A stretch of 63,167 nucleotides of DNA from Nemertoderma westbladi (taxonomy: Eukaryota; Animalia; Xenacoelomorpha). Each line of letters begins with the position of its first letter. Positions within the stretch are counted from its first letter, which is position 1. Below the pieces are notes generated by a model. The model saw nothing but the letters and a program-made list of their open reading frames with translations. It made no database searches and was not told the origin of the DNA. Positions 22,101 through 37,100 of the stretch are shown piece by piece. The translations under genes and the position numbers were made by a program. Location of the stretch: contig JAUCBJ010007440.1 in the NCBI GenBank assembly GCA_032718475.1, positions 1 to 63,167 on the forward strand, read 5' to 3'.

Positions 22101-25100
22101 CTCTCACTTCTGTGTCGGGTATTTGTTATTTATTTTGCTTGCTCTCTCACTTCTGTGTCGGGTATTTGTTATTTATTTTGCTTGCTCTCTCACTTCCGTG
22201 ACGGATATTTGTTATTTATTTTGCTTGCTCTCTCACTTCTGTGTCGGGTATTTGTTATTTATTTTGCTTGCTCTCTCACTTCTGTGTCGGGTATTTGTTA
22301 TTTATTTTGCTTGCTCTCTCACTTCCGTGACGGATATTTGTTATTTATTTTGCTTGCTCTCTCACTTCTGTGTCGGGTATTTGTTATTTATTTTGCTTGC
22401 TCTCTCACTTCTGTGTCGGGTATTTGTTATTCATTTTGCTTGCTCTCTCACTTCCGTCCCGAATATTTGTTATTTATTTTGCTTGCTCTTTCACTTCCGT
22501 CCCGAATATTTGTTATTTATTTTGCTTGCTCTCTCACTTCTGTGTCGGATATTTGTTATTTATTTTGCTTGCTCTCTCACTTCCGTGACGGATATTTGTT
22601 ATTTATTTTGCTTGCTCTCTCACTTCTGTGTCGGGTATTTGTTATTTATTTTGCTTGCTCTCTCACTTCCGTGACGGATATTTGTTATTTATTTTGCTTG
22701 CTCTCTCACTTCTGTGTCGGGTATTTGTTATTTATTTTGCTTGCTCTCTCACTTCTGTGTCGGGTATTTGTTATTTATTTTGCTTGCTCTCTCACTTCCG
22801 TGACGGATATTTGTTATTTATTTTGCTTGCTCTCTCACTTCTGTGTCGGGTATTTGTTATTTATTTTGCTTGCTCTCTCACTTCCGTGACGGATATTTGT
22901 TACTTATTTTGCTTGCTCTCTCACTTCCGTGCCGGATATTTGTTATTTATTTTGCTTGCTCTTTCACTTCTGTGTCGGGTATTTGTTATTTATTTTGCTT
23001 GCTCTCTCACTTCTGTGTCGGGTATTTGTTATTTATTTTGCTTGCTCTCTCACTTCTGTGCCGGATATTTGTTATTTATTTTGCTTGCTATCTCACTTCC
23101 GTGCCGGGTATTTGTTATTTATTTTGCTTGCTCTCTCACTTCCGTGCCGGATATTTGTTATTTATTTTGCTTGCTCTCTCACTTCTGTGTCGGGTATTTG
23201 TTATTCATTTTGCTTGCTCTCTCACTTCCGTCCCGAATATTTGTTATTTATTTTGCTTGCTCTCTCACTTCCGTGCCGGATATTTGTTATTTATTTTGCT
23301 TGCTCTCTCACTTCTGTGTCGGGTATTTGTTATTTATTTTGCTTGCTCTCTCACTTCCGTGACGGATATTTGTTATTTATTTTGTTTGCTCTCTCACTTC
23401 TGTGTCGGGTATTTGTTATTTATTTTGCTTGCTCTCTCACTTCTGTGTCGGGTATTTGTTATTTATTTTGCTTGCTCTCTCACTTCTGTGTCGGGTATTT
23501 GTTATTTATTTTGCTTGCTCTCTCACTTCCGTGCCGGATATTTGTTATTTATTTTGCTTGCTCTCTCATTTCCGTGACGGATATTTGTTATTTATTTTGC
23601 TTGCTCTCTCACTTCCGTGCCGGATATTTGTTATTTATTTTGCTTGCTCTCTCACTTCTGTGTCGGGTATTTGTTATTTATTTTGCTTGCTCTCTCACTT
23701 CCGTGCCGGATATTTGTTATTTATTTTGCTTGCTCTCTCATTTCCGTGACGGATATTTGTTATTTATTTTGCTTGCTCTCTCACTTCCGTGCCGGATATT
23801 TGTTATTTATTTTGCTTGCTCTCTCACTTCTGTGTCGGGTATTTGTTATTTATTTTGCTTGCTCTCTCACTTCCGTGCCGGATATTTGTTATTTATTTTG
23901 CTTGCTCTCTCACTTCCGTGCCAGATATTTGTTATTTATTTTGCTTGCTCTCTCACTTCCGTGCCAGATATTTGTTATTTATTTTGCTTGCTCTCTCACT
24001 TCTGTGTCGGGTATTTGTTATTTATTTTGCTTGCTCTCTCACTTCCGTGCCGGATATTTGTTATTTATTTTGCTTGCTCTCTCATTTCCGCGACGGATAT
24101 TTGTTATTTATTTTGCTTGCTCTCTCACTTCCGTGCCGGATATTTGTTATTTATTTTGCTTGCTCTCTCATTTCTGTGACGGATATTTGTTATTTATTTT
24201 GCTCGCTCTCTCACTTCCGTGCCGGATATTTGTTATTTATTTTGCTTGCTCTCTCACTTCTGTGTCGGGTATTTGTTATTTATTTTGCTCGCTCTCTCTC
24301 ACTTCCGTGCCGGATATTTGTTATTTATTTTGCTTGCTCTCTCACTTCCGTTCCGGATATTTGTTATTTATTTTGCTCGCTCTCTCTCACTTCCGTGCCG
24401 GATATTTGTTATTCATTTTGCTTGCTCTCTCATTTCCGTGACGGATATTTGTTATTTATTTTGCTTGCTCTCTCACTTCCGTGCCGGATATTTGTTATTT
24501 ATTTTGCTTGCTCTCTCACTTCTGTGCCGGATATTTGTTATTTATTTTGCTTGCTCTCTCACTTCCGTGCCAGATATTTGTTATTTATTTTGCTTGCTCT
24601 CTCACTTCCGTGCCAGATATTTGTTATTTATTTTGCTTGCTCTCTCACTTCCGTGCCAGATATTTGTTATTTATTTTGCTTGCTCTCTCACTTCTGTGTC
24701 GGGTATTTGTTATTTATTTTGCTTGCTCTCTCACTTCCGTGCCGGATATTTGTTATTTATTTTGCTTGCTCTCTCATTTCCGTGACGGATATTTGTTATT
24801 TATTTTGCTTGCTCTCTCACTTCCGTGCCGGATATTTGTTATTTATTTTGCTTGCTCTCTCATTTCCGTGACGGATATTTGTTATTTATTTTGCTCGCTC
24901 TCTCACTTCCGTGCCGGATATTTGTTATTTATTTTGCTTGCTCTCTCACTTCTGTGTCGGGTATTTGTTATTTATTTTGCTCGCTCTCTCTCACTTCCGT
25001 GCCGGATATTTGTTATTTATTTTGCTTGCTCTCTCACTTCCGTGCCGGATATTTGTTATTTATTTTGCTTGCTCTTTCACTTCCGTTCCGGATATTTGTT

Positions 25101-28100
25101 ATTTATTTTGCTCGCTCTCTCTCACTTCCGTGCCGGATATTTGTTATTTATTTTGCTTGCTCTCTCACTTCCGTGCTGGATATTTGTTATTTATTTTGCT
25201 TGCTCTCTCACTTCCGTTCCGGATATTTGTTATTTATTTTGCTTGCTCTCTCACTTCCGTGCCGGATATTTGTTATTTATTTTGCTTGCTCTCTCACTTC
25301 CGTGCCGGATATTTGTTATTTATTTTGCTCGCTCTCTCTCACTTCCGTGCCGGATATTTGTTATTTATTTTGCTTGCTCTCTCACTTCTGTCCCGAATAT
25401 TTGTTATTTATTTTGCTTGCTCTCTCACTTCCGTGCCGGATATTTGTTATTTATTTTGCTTGCTCTCTCACTTCCGTGCCGGATATTTGTTATTTATTTT
25501 GCTTGCTCTCTCACTTCCGTGCCGGATATTTGTTATTTATTTTGCTTGCTCTCTCACTTCCGTGCCGGATATTTGTTATTTATTTTGCTTGCTCTCTCAC
25601 TTCCGTGCCGGATATTTGTTATTTATTTTGCTTGCTCTCTCACTTCCGTGCCGGATATTTGTTATTTATTTTGCTTGCTCTCTCACTTCCGTGCCGGATA
25701 TTTGTTATTTATTTTGCTTGCTCTCTCACTTCCGTGCCGGATATTTGTTATTTATTTTGCTTGCTCTCTCACTTCCGTGCCGGATATTTGTTATTTATTT
25801 TGCTTGCTCTTTCACTTCCGTTCTGGATATTTGTTATTTATTTTGCTCGCTCTCTCACTTCCGTGCCGGATATTTGTTATTTATTTTGCTTGCTCTCTCA
25901 CTTCCGTGCCGGATATTTGTTATTTATTTTGCTTGCTCTCTCACTTCCGTGCCGGATATTTGTTATTTATTTTGCTTGCTCTCTCACTTCCGTGCCGGAT
26001 ATTTGTTATTTATTTTGCTCGTTCTCTCACTTCCGTTCGACGGATATTTGTTATTTATTTTGCTTGCTCTCTCACTTCCGTGCCGGATATTTGTTATTTA
26101 TTTTGCTTGCTCTTTCACTTCCGTGCCGGATATTTGTTATTGATTTTGCTCGCTCTCTCACTTCCGTGCCGGATATTTGTTATTTATTTTGCTTGCTCTT
26201 TCACTTCCTCTCCGGATATTTGTTATTTATTTTGCTCGCTCTCTCACTTCCGTGCCGGATATTTGTTATTTATTTTGCTTGCTCTTTCAATTCCGTGCCG
26301 GATATTTGTTATTTATTTTGCTCACTCTCTCACTTCCGTGCCGGATATTTGTTATTTATTTTGCTTGCTCTTTCACTTCCGTTCCGGATATTTGTTATTT
26401 ATTTTGCTTGCTCTCTCACTTCCGTTCCGGATATTTGTTATTTATTTTGCTCGCTCTCTCACTTCCGTGTCGGATATTTGTTATTTATTTTGCTCGCTCT
26501 CTCACTTCCGTGCCGGATATTTGTTATTTATTTTGCTTGCTCTTTCACTTCCGTGCCGGATATTTGTTATTTATTTTGCTCGCTCTTTCACTTCCGTGCC
26601 GGATATTTGTTATTTATTTTGCTCGCTCTCTCACTTCCGTGCCGGATATTTGTTATTTATTTTGCTTGCTCTTTCACTTCCGTTCCGGATATTTGTTATT
26701 TATTTTGCTCACTCTTTCACTTCCGTGCCGGATATTTGTTATTTATTTTGCTCGCTCTCTCACTTCCGTGCCGGATATTTGTTATTTAATTTGCTTGCTC
26801 TCTCACTTCCGTGCCGGATATTTGTTATTTATTTTGCTCGCTCTCTCACTTCCGTGCCGGATATTTGTTATTAATTTTGCTTGCTCTTTCACTTCCGTTC
26901 CGGATATTTGTTATTTATTTTGCTCGCTCTTTCACTTCCGTGCCGGATATTTGTTATTTATTTTGCTCGCTCTCTCACTTCCGTGCCGGATATTTGTTAT
27001 TTATTTTGCTCGCTCTCTCACTTCCGTGCTGGATATTTGTTATTTATTTTGCTTGCTCTTTCACTTCCGTTCCGGATATTTGTTATTTATTTTGCTCGCT
27101 CTCTCACTTCCGTGCCGGATATTTGTTATTTATTTTGCTTGCTCTTTCACTTCCGTGCCGGATATTTGTTATTTATTTTGCTCGCTCTCTCACTTCCGTG
27201 CCGGATATTTGTTATTTATTTTGCTTGCTCTTTCACTTCCGTTCCGGATATTTGTTATTTATTTTGCTCGCTCTTTCACTTCCATTCCGGATATTTGTTA
27301 TTTATTTTGCTCGCTCTCTCACTTCCGTGCCGGATATTTGTTATTTATTTTGCTCGCTCTCTCACTTCCGTGCCGGATATTTGTTATTTATTTTGCTTGC
27401 TCTCTCACTTCCGTGCCGGATATTTGTTATTTATTTTGCTTGCTCTTTCACTTCCGTGCCGGATATTTGTTATTTATTTTGCTCGCTCTCTCACTTCCGT
27501 GCCGGATATTTGTTATTTATTTTGCTTGCTCTCTCACTTCCGTGCCGGATATTTGTTATTTATTTTGCTTGCTCTTTCACTTCCGTGTCGGATATTTGTT
27601 ATTTATTTTGCTCGCTCTCTCACTTCCGTGCCGGATATTTGTTATTTATTTTGCTTGCTCTTTCACTTCCGTTCCGGATATTTGTTATTTATTTTGCTCG
27701 CTCTCTCACTTCCGTGCCGGATATTTGTTATTTATTTTGCTTGCTCTCTCACTTCTGTGTCGGGTATTTGTTATTTATTTTGCTTGCTCTCTCACTTCTG
27801 TGTCGGGTATTTGTTATTTATTTTGCTTGCTCTCTCACTTCCGTGACGGATATTTGTTATTTATTTTGCTTGCTCTCTCACTTCTGTGTCGGGTATTTGT
27901 TATTTATTTTGCTTGCTCTCTCACTTCCGTGACGGATATTTGTTACTTATTTTGCTTGCTCTCTCACTTCCGTGCCGGATATTTGTTATTTATTTTGCTT
28001 GCTCTCTCACTTCTGTGTCGGGTATTTGTTATTTATTTTGCTTGCTCTCTCACTTCTGTGTCGGGTATTTGTTATTTATTTTGCTTGCTCTCTCACTTCT

Positions 28101-31100
28101 GTGCCGGATATTTGTTATTTATTTTGCTTGCTATCTCACTTCCGTGCCGGGTATTTGTTATTTATTTTGCTTGCTCTCTCACTTCCGTGCCGGATATTTG
28201 TTATTTATTTTGCTTGCTCTCTCACTTCTGTGTCGGGTATTTGTTATTCATTTTGCTTGCTCTCTCACTTCCGTCCCGAATATTTGTTATTTATTTTGCT
28301 TGCTCTCTCACTTCCGTGCCGGATATTTGTTATTTATTTTGCTTGCTCTCTCACTTCTGTGTCGGGTATTTGTTATTTATTTTGCTTGCTCTCTCACTTC
28401 CGTGACGGATATTTGTTATTTATTTTGCTTGCTCTCTCACTTCTGTGTCGGGTATTTGTTATTTATTTTGCTTGCTCTCTCACTTCTGTGTCGGGTATTT
28501 GTTATTTATTTTGCTTGCTCTCTCACTTCTGTGTCGGGTATTTGTTATTTATTTTGCTTGCTCTCTCACTTCCGTGCCGGATATTTGTTATTTATTTTGC
28601 TTGCTCTCTCATTTCCGTGACGGATATTTGTTATTTATTTTGCTTGCTCTCTCACTTCCGTGCCGGATATTTGTTATTTATTTTGCTTGCTCTCTCACTT
28701 CTGTGTCGGGTATTTGTTATTTATTTTGCTTGCTCTCTCACTTCCGTGCCGGATATTTGTTATTTATTTTGCTTGCTCTCTCATTTCCGTGACGGATATT
28801 TGTTATTTATTTTGCTTGCTCTCTCACTTCCGTGCCGGATATTTGTTATTTATTTTGCTTGCTCTCTCACTTCTGTGTCGGGTATTTGTTATTTATTTTG
28901 CTTGCTCTCTCACTTCCGTGCCGGATATTTGTTATTTATTTTGCTTGCTCTCTCACTTCCGTGCCAGATATTTGTTATTTATTTTGCTTGCTCTCTCACT
29001 TCCGTGCCAGATATTTGTTATTTATTTTGCTTGCTCTCTCACTTCTGTGTCGGGTATTTGTTATTTATTTTGCTTGCTCTCTCACTTCCGTGCCGGATAT
29101 TTGTTATTTATTTTGCTTGCTCTCTCATTTCCGCGACGGATATTTGTTATTTATTTTGCTTGCTCTCTCACTTCCGTGCCGGATATTTGTTATTTATTTT
29201 GCTTGCTCTCTCATTTCTGTGACGGATATTTGTCATTTATTTTGCTCGCTCTCTCTCACTTCCGTGCCGGATATTTGTTATTTATTTTGCTTGCTCTCTC
29301 ACTTCCGTTCCGGATATTTGTTATTTATTTTGCTCGCTCTCTCTCACTTCCGTGCCGGATATTTGTTATTCATTTTGCTTGCTCTCTCATTTCCGTGACG
29401 GATATTTGTTATTTATTTTGCTTGCTCTCTCACTTCCGTGCCGGATATTTGTTATTTATTTTGCTTGCTCTCTCACTTCTGTGCCGGATATTTGTTATTT
29501 ATTTTGCTTGCTCTCTCACTTCCGTGCCAGATATTTGTTATTTATTTTGCTTGCTCTCTCACTTCCGTGCCAGATATTTGTTATTTATTTTGCTTGCTCT
29601 CTCACTTCCGTGCCAGATATTTGTTATTTATTTTGCTTGCTCTCTCACTTCTGTGTCGGGTATTTGTTATTTATTTTGCTTGCTCTCTCACTTCCGTGCC
29701 GGATATTTGTTATTTATTTTGCTTGCTCTCTCATTTCCGTGACGGATATTTGTTATTTATTTTGCTTGCTCTCTCACTTCCGTGCCGGATATTTGTTATT
29801 TATTTTGCTTGCTCTCTCATTTCCGTGACGGATATTTGTTATTTATTTTGCTCGCTCTCTCACTTCCGTGCCGGATATTTGTTATTTATTTTGCTTGCTC
29901 TCTCACTTCTGTGTCGGGTATTTGTTATTTATTTTGCTCGCTCTCTCTCACTTCCGTGCCGGATATTTGTTATTTATTTTGCTTGCTCTCTCACTTCCGT
30001 GCCGGATATTTGTTATTTATTTTGCTTGCTCTTTCACTTCCGTTCCGGATATTTGTTATTTATTTTGCTCGCTCTCTCTCACTTCCGTGCCGGATATTTG
30101 TTATTTATTTTGCTTGCTCTCTCACTTCCGTGCCGGATATTTGTTATTTATTTTGCTTGCTCTCTCACTTCCGTTCCGGATATTTGTTATTTATTTTGCT
30201 TGCTCTCTCACTTCCGTGCCGGATATTTGTTATTTATTTTGCTTGCTCTCTCACTTCCGTGCCGGATATTTGTTATTTATTTTGCTCGCTCTCTCTCACT
30301 TCCGTGCCGGATATTTGTTATTTATTTTGCTTGCTCTCTCACTTCTGTCCCGAATATTTGTTATTTATTTTGCTTGCTCTCTCACTTCCGTGCCGGATAT
30401 TTGTTATTTATTTTGCTTGCTCTCTCACTTCCGTGCCGGATATTTGTTATTTATTTTGCTTGCTCTCTCACTTCCGTGCCGGATATTTGTTATTTATTTT
30501 GCTTGCTCTCTCACTTCCGTGCCGGATATTTGTTATTTATTTTGCTTGCTCTCTCACTTCCGTGCCGGATATTTGTTATTTATTTTGCTTGCTCTCTCAC
30601 TTCCGTGCCGGATATTTGTTATTTATTTTGCTTGCTCTCTCACTTCCGTGCCGGATATTTGTTATTTATTTTGCTTGCTCTCTCACTTCCGTGCCGGATA
30701 TTTGTTATTTATTTTGCTTGCTCTCTCACTTCCGTGCCGGATATTTGTTATTTATTTTGCTTGCTCTTTCACTTCCGTTCTGGATATTTGTTATTTATTT
30801 TGCTCGCTCTCTCACTTCCGTGCCGGATATTTGTTATTTATTTTGCTTGCTCTCTCACTTCCGTGCCGGATATTTGTTATTTATTTTGCTTGCTCTCTCA
30901 CTTCCGTGCCGGATATTTGTTATTTATTTTGCTTGCTCTCTCACTTCCGTGCCGGATATTTGTTATTTATTTTGCTCGTTCTCTCACTTCCGTTCGACGG
31001 ATATTTGTTATTTATTTTGCTTGCTCTCTCACTTCCGTGCCGGATATTTGTTATTTATTTTGCTTGCTCTTTCACTTCCGTGCCGGATATTTGTTATTGA

Positions 31101-34100
31101 TTTTGCTCGCTCTCTCACTTCCGTGCCGGATATTTGTTATTTATTTTGCTTGTTCTTTCACTTCCTCTCCGGATATTTGTTATTTATTTTGCTCGCTCTC
31201 TCACTTCCGTGCCGGATATTTGTTATTTATTTTGCTTGCTCTTTCAATTCCGTGCCGGATATTTGTTATTTATTTTGCTCACTCTCTCACTTCCGTGCCG
31301 GATATTTGTTATTTATTTTGCTTGCTCTTTCACTTCCGTTCCGGATATTTGTTATTTATTTTGCTTGCTCTCTCACTTCCGTTCCGGATATTTGTTATTT
31401 ATTTTGCTCGCTCTCTCACTTCCGTGTCGGATATTTGTTATTTATTTTGCTCGCTCTCTCACTTCCGTGCCGGATATTTGTTATTTATTTTGCTTGCTCT
31501 TTCACTTCCGTGCCGGATATTTGTTATTTATTTTGCTCGCTCTTTCACTTCCGTGCCGGATATTTGTTATTTATTTTGCTCGCTCTCTCACTTCCGTGCC
31601 GGATATTTGTTATTTATTTTGCTTGCTCTTTCACTTCCGTTCCGGATATTTGTTATTTATTTTGCTCACTCTTTCACTTCCGTGCCGGATATTTGTTATT
31701 TATTTTGCTCGCTCTCTCACTTCCGTGCCGGATATTTGTTATTTAATTTGCTTGCTCTCTCACTTCCGTGCCGGATATTTGTTATTTATTTTGCTCGCTC
31801 TCTCACTTCCGTGCCGGATATTTGTTATTAATTTTGCTTGCTCTTTCACTTCCGTTCCGGATATTTGTTATTTATTTTGCTCGCTCTTTCACTTCCGTGC
31901 CGGATATTTGTTATTTATTTTGCTCGCTCTCTCACTTCCGTGCCGGATATTTGTTATTTATTTTGCTCGCTCTCTCACTTCCGTGCTGGATATTTGTTAT
32001 TTATTTTGCTTGCTCTTTCACTTCCGTTCCGGATATTTGTTATTTATTTTGCTCGCTCTCTCACTTCCGTGCCGGATATTTGTTATTTATTTTGCTTGCT
32101 CTTTCACTTCCGTGCCGGATATTTGTTATTTATTTTGCTCGCTCTCTCACTTCCGTGCCGGATATTTGTTATTTATTTTGCTTGCTCTTTCACTTCCGTT
32201 CCGGATATTTGTTATTTATTTTGCTCGCTCTTTCACTTCCGTTCCGGATATTTGTTATTTATTTTGCTCGCTCTCTCACTTCCGTGCCGGATATTTGTTA
32301 TTTATTTTGCTCGCTCTCTCACTTCCGTGCCGGATATTTGTTATTTATTTTGCTTGCTCTCTCACTTCCGTGCCGGATATTTGTTATTTATTTTGCTTGC
32401 TCTTTCACTTCCGTGCCGGATATTTGTTATTTATTTTGCTCGCTCTCTCACTTCCGTGCCGGATATTTGTTATTTATTTTGCTTGCTCTTTCACTTCCGT
32501 TCCGGATATTTGTTATTTATTTTGCTCGCTCTCTCACTTCCGTGCCGGATATTTGTTATTTATTTTGCTTGCTCTCTCACTTCCGTGACGGATATTTGTT
32601 ATTTATTTTGCTTGCTCTCTCACTTCCGTGTCGGATATTTGTTATTTATTTTGCTCGCTCTCTCACTTCCGTGCCGGATATTTGTTATTTATTTTGCTTG
32701 CTCTTTCACTTCCGTGCCGGATATTTGTTATTTATTTTGCTCGCTCTCTCACTTCCGTGCCGGATATTTGTTATTTATTTTGCTTGCTCTTTCACTTCCG
32801 TTCCGGATATTTGTTATTTATTTTGCTCGCTCTCTCACTTCCGTGCCGGATATTTGTTATTTATTTTGCTTGCTCTCTCACTTCCGTGACGGATATTTGT
32901 TATTTATTTTGCTTGCTCTCTCACTTCCGTGTCGGATATTTGTTATTTATTTTGCTCGCTCTCTCACTTCCGTGCCGGATATTTGTTATTTATTTTGCTT
33001 GCTCTCTCACTTCCGTGCCGGATATTTGTTATTTATTTTGCTTGCTCTCTCACTTCCGTGCCGGATATTTGTTATTTATTATGCTTGCTCTTTCACTTCC
33101 GTTCCGGATATTTGTTATTTATTTTGCTCGCTCTCTCACTTCCGTGCCGGATATTTGTTATTTATTTTGCTTGCTCTCTCACTTCCGTGCCAGATATTTG
33201 TTATTTATTTTGCTTGCTCTCTCACTTCCGTGCCGGATATTTGTTATTTATTTTGCTCGCTCTCTCACTTCCGTTCCGGATATTTGTTATTTATTTTGCT
33301 TGCTCTCTCACTTCCGTTCCGGATATTTGTTATTTATTTTGCTCGCTCTCTCACTTCCGTGTCGGATATTTGTTATTTATTTTGCTCGCTCTCTCACTTC
33401 CGTGCCGGATATTTGTTATTTATTTTGCTTGCTCTTTCACTTCCGTGCCGGATATTTGTTATTTATTTTGCTCGCTCTTTCACTTCCGTGCCGGATATTT
33501 GTTATTTATTTTGCTCGCTCTCTCACTTCCGTGCCGGATATTTGTTATTTATTTTGCTTGCTCTTTCACTTCCGTTCCGGATATTTGTTATTTATTTTGC
33601 TCACTCTTTCACTTCCGTGCCGGATATTTGTTATTTATTTTGCTCGCTCTCTCACTTCCGTGCCGGATATTTGTTATTTAATTTGCTTGCTCTCTCACTT
33701 CCGTGCCGGATATTTGTTATTTATTTTGCTCGCTCTCTCACTTCCGTGCCGGATATTTGTTATTAATTTTGCTTGCTCTTTCACTTCCGTTCCGGATATT
33801 TGTTATTTATTTTGCTCGCTCTTTCACTTCCGTGCCGGATATTTGTTATTTATTTTGCTCGCTCTCTCACTTCCGTGCCGGATATTTGTTATTTATTTTG
33901 CTCGCTCTCTCACTTCCGTGCTGGATATTTGTTATTTATTTTGCTTGCTCTTTCACTTCCGTTCCGGATATTTGTTATTTATTTTGCTCGCTCTCTCACT
34001 TCCGTGCCGGATATTTGTTATTTATTTTGCTTGCTCTTTCACTTCCGTGCCGGATATTTGTTATTTATTTTGCTCGCTCTCTCACTTCCGTGCCGGATAT

Positions 34101-37100
34101 TTGTTATTTATTTTGCTTGCTCTTTCACTTCCGTTCCGGATATTTGTTATTTATTTTGCTCGCTCTTTCACTTCCGTTCCGGATATTTGTTATTTATTTT
34201 GCTCGCTCTCTCACTTCCGTGCCGGATATTTGTTATTTATTTTGCTCGCTCTCTCACTTCCGTGCCGGATATTTGTTATTTATTTTGCTTGCTCTCTCAC
34301 TTCCGTGCCGGATATTTGTTATTTATTTTGCTTGCTCTTTCACTTCCGTGCCGGATATTTGTTATTTATTTTGCTCGCTCTCTCACTTCCGTGCCGGATA
34401 TTTGTTATTTATTTTGCTTGCTCTTTCACTTCCGTTCCGGATATTTGTTATTTATTTTGCTCGCTCTCTCACTTCCGTGCCGGATATTTGTTATTTATTT
34501 TGCTTGCTCTCTCACTTCCGTGACGGATATTTGTTATTTATTTTGCTTGCTCTCTCACTTCCGTGTCGGATATTTGTTATTTATTTTGCTCGCTCTCTCA
34601 CTTCCGTGCCGGATATTTGTTATTTATTTTGCTTGCTCTCTCACTTCCGTGCCGGATATTTGTTATTTATTTTGCTTGCTCTCTCACTTCCGTGCCGGAT
34701 ATTTGTTATTTATTATGCTTGCTCTTTCACTTCCGTTCCGGATATTTGTTATTTATTTTGCTCGCTCTCTCACTTCCGTGCCGGATATTTGTTATTTATT
34801 TTGCTTGCTCTCTCACTTCCGTGCCAGATATTTGTTATTTATTTTGCTTGCTCTCTCACTTCCGTGCCGGATATTTGTTATTTATTTTGCTCGCTCTCTC
34901 ACTTCCGTGCCGGATATTTATTATTTATTTTGCTTGCTCTCCCACTTCCGTCCCGAATATTTGTTATTTATTTTGCTTGCTCTCTCACTTCCGTGCTGGA
35001 TATTTGTTATTTATTTTGCTCGCTCTCTCACTTCCGTGCCGGATATTTGTTATTTATTTTGCTTGCTCTCTCACTTCCGTGCCGGATATTTGTTATTTAT
35101 TTTGCTCGCTCTCTCACTTCCGTGCCGGATATTTGTTATTTATTTTGCTCGCTCTCTCACTTCCGTGCCAGATATTTGTTATTTATTTTGCTTGCTCTCT
35201 CACTTCGGTGTCGGATATTTGTTATTTATTTTGCTTGCTCTCTCACTTCCGTGCCGGATATTTGTTATTTATTTTGCTTGCTCTTTCACTTCCGTGCCGG
35301 ATATTTGTTATTTATTTTGCTCGCTCTCTCACTTCCGTGCCGGATATTTGTTATTTATTTTGCTCGCTCTCTCACTTCCGTGCCGGATATTTGTTATTTA
35401 TTTTGCTTGCTCTTTCACTTCCGTTCCGGATATTTGTTATTTATTTTGCTCGCTCTCTCACTTCCGTGTCGGATATTTGTTATTTATTTTGCTTGCTCTC
35501 TCACTTCCGTGCCGGATATTTGTTATTTATTTTGCTTGCTCTCTCACTTCCGTGCCGGATATTTGTTATTTATTTTGCTCGCTCTCTCACTTCTGTGTCG
35601 GGTATTTGTTATTTATTTTGCTTGCTCTCTCACTTCCGTGCCGGATATTTGTTATTTATTTTGCTTGCTCTCTCACTTCCGTGCCGGATATTTGTTATTT
35701 ATTTTGCTTGCTCTCTCACTTCCGTGTCGGATATTTGTTATTTATTTTGCTCGCTCTCTCACTTCCGTGCCGGATATTTGTTATTTATTTTGCTCGCTCT
35801 CTCACTTCCGTGCCGGATATTTGTTATTTATTTTGCTTGCTCTCTCACTTCCGTGCCGGATATTTGTTATTTATTTTGCTCGCTCTCTCACTTCTGTGTC
35901 GGGTATTTGTTATTTATTTTGCTTGCTCTCTCACTTCCGTGCCAGATATTTGTTATTTATTTTGCTTGCTCTCTCACTTCCGTGACGGGTATTTGTTATT
36001 TATTTTGCTCGCTCTCTCACTTCCGTGCCGGATATTTGTTATTTAATTTGCTTGCTCTCTCACTTCCGTGCCGGATATTTGTTATTTATTTTGCTTGCTC
36101 TCTCACTTCCGTGTCGGATATTTGTTATTTATTTTGCTCGCTCTCTCACTTCCGTGCCGGATATTTGTTATTTATTTTGCTTGCTCTCTCACTTCCGTCC
36201 CGAATATTTGTTATTTATTTTGCTTGCTCTCTCACTTCTGTGTCGGGTATTTGTTATTTATTTTGCTTGCTCTCTCACTTCCGTGCCGGATATTTGTTAT
36301 TTATTTTGCTTGCTCTCTCACTTCCGTGCCGGATATTTGTTATTTATTTTGCTTGCTCTCTCACTTCCGTGCCGGATATTTGTTATTTATTTTGCTCGCT
36401 CTCTCACTTCCGTGCCGGATATTTGTTATTTATTTTGATGGCTCTCTCACTTCCGTGCCGGATATTTGTTATTTATTTTGCTTGCTCTCTCACTTCCGTG
36501 CCGGGTATTTGTTATTTATTTTGCTTGGCTTGCTCTCTCACTTTCGTGCCGGATATTTGTTATTTATTTTGCTTGCTCTCTCACTTCCGTGCCGGATATT
36601 TGTTATTTATTTTGCTTGCTCTCTCACTTCCGTGCCGGATATTTGTTATTTATTTTGCTTGCTCTCTCACTTCCGTGCCGGATATTTGTTATTTATTTTG
36701 CTTGCTCTCTCACTTCCGTGCCGGATATTTGTTATTTATTTTGCTTGCTCTCTCACTTCCGTGCCGGATATTTGTTATTTATTTTGCTTGCTCTCTCACT
36801 TCCGTGCCGGATATTTGTTATTTATTTTGCTTGCTCTCTCACTTCCGTGCCGGATATTTGTTATTTATTTTGCTTGCTCTCTCACTTCCGTGCCGGATAT
36901 TTGTTATTTATTTTGCTTGCTCTCTCACTTCCGTGCCGGATATTTGTTATTTATTTTGCTTGCTCTCTCACTTCCGTGCCGGATATTTGTTATTTATTTT
37001 GCTTGCTCTCTCACTTCCGTGCCGGATATTTGTTATTTATTTTGCTTGCTCTCTCACTTCTGTGTCGGGTATTTGTTATTTATTTTGCTCGCTCTCTCAC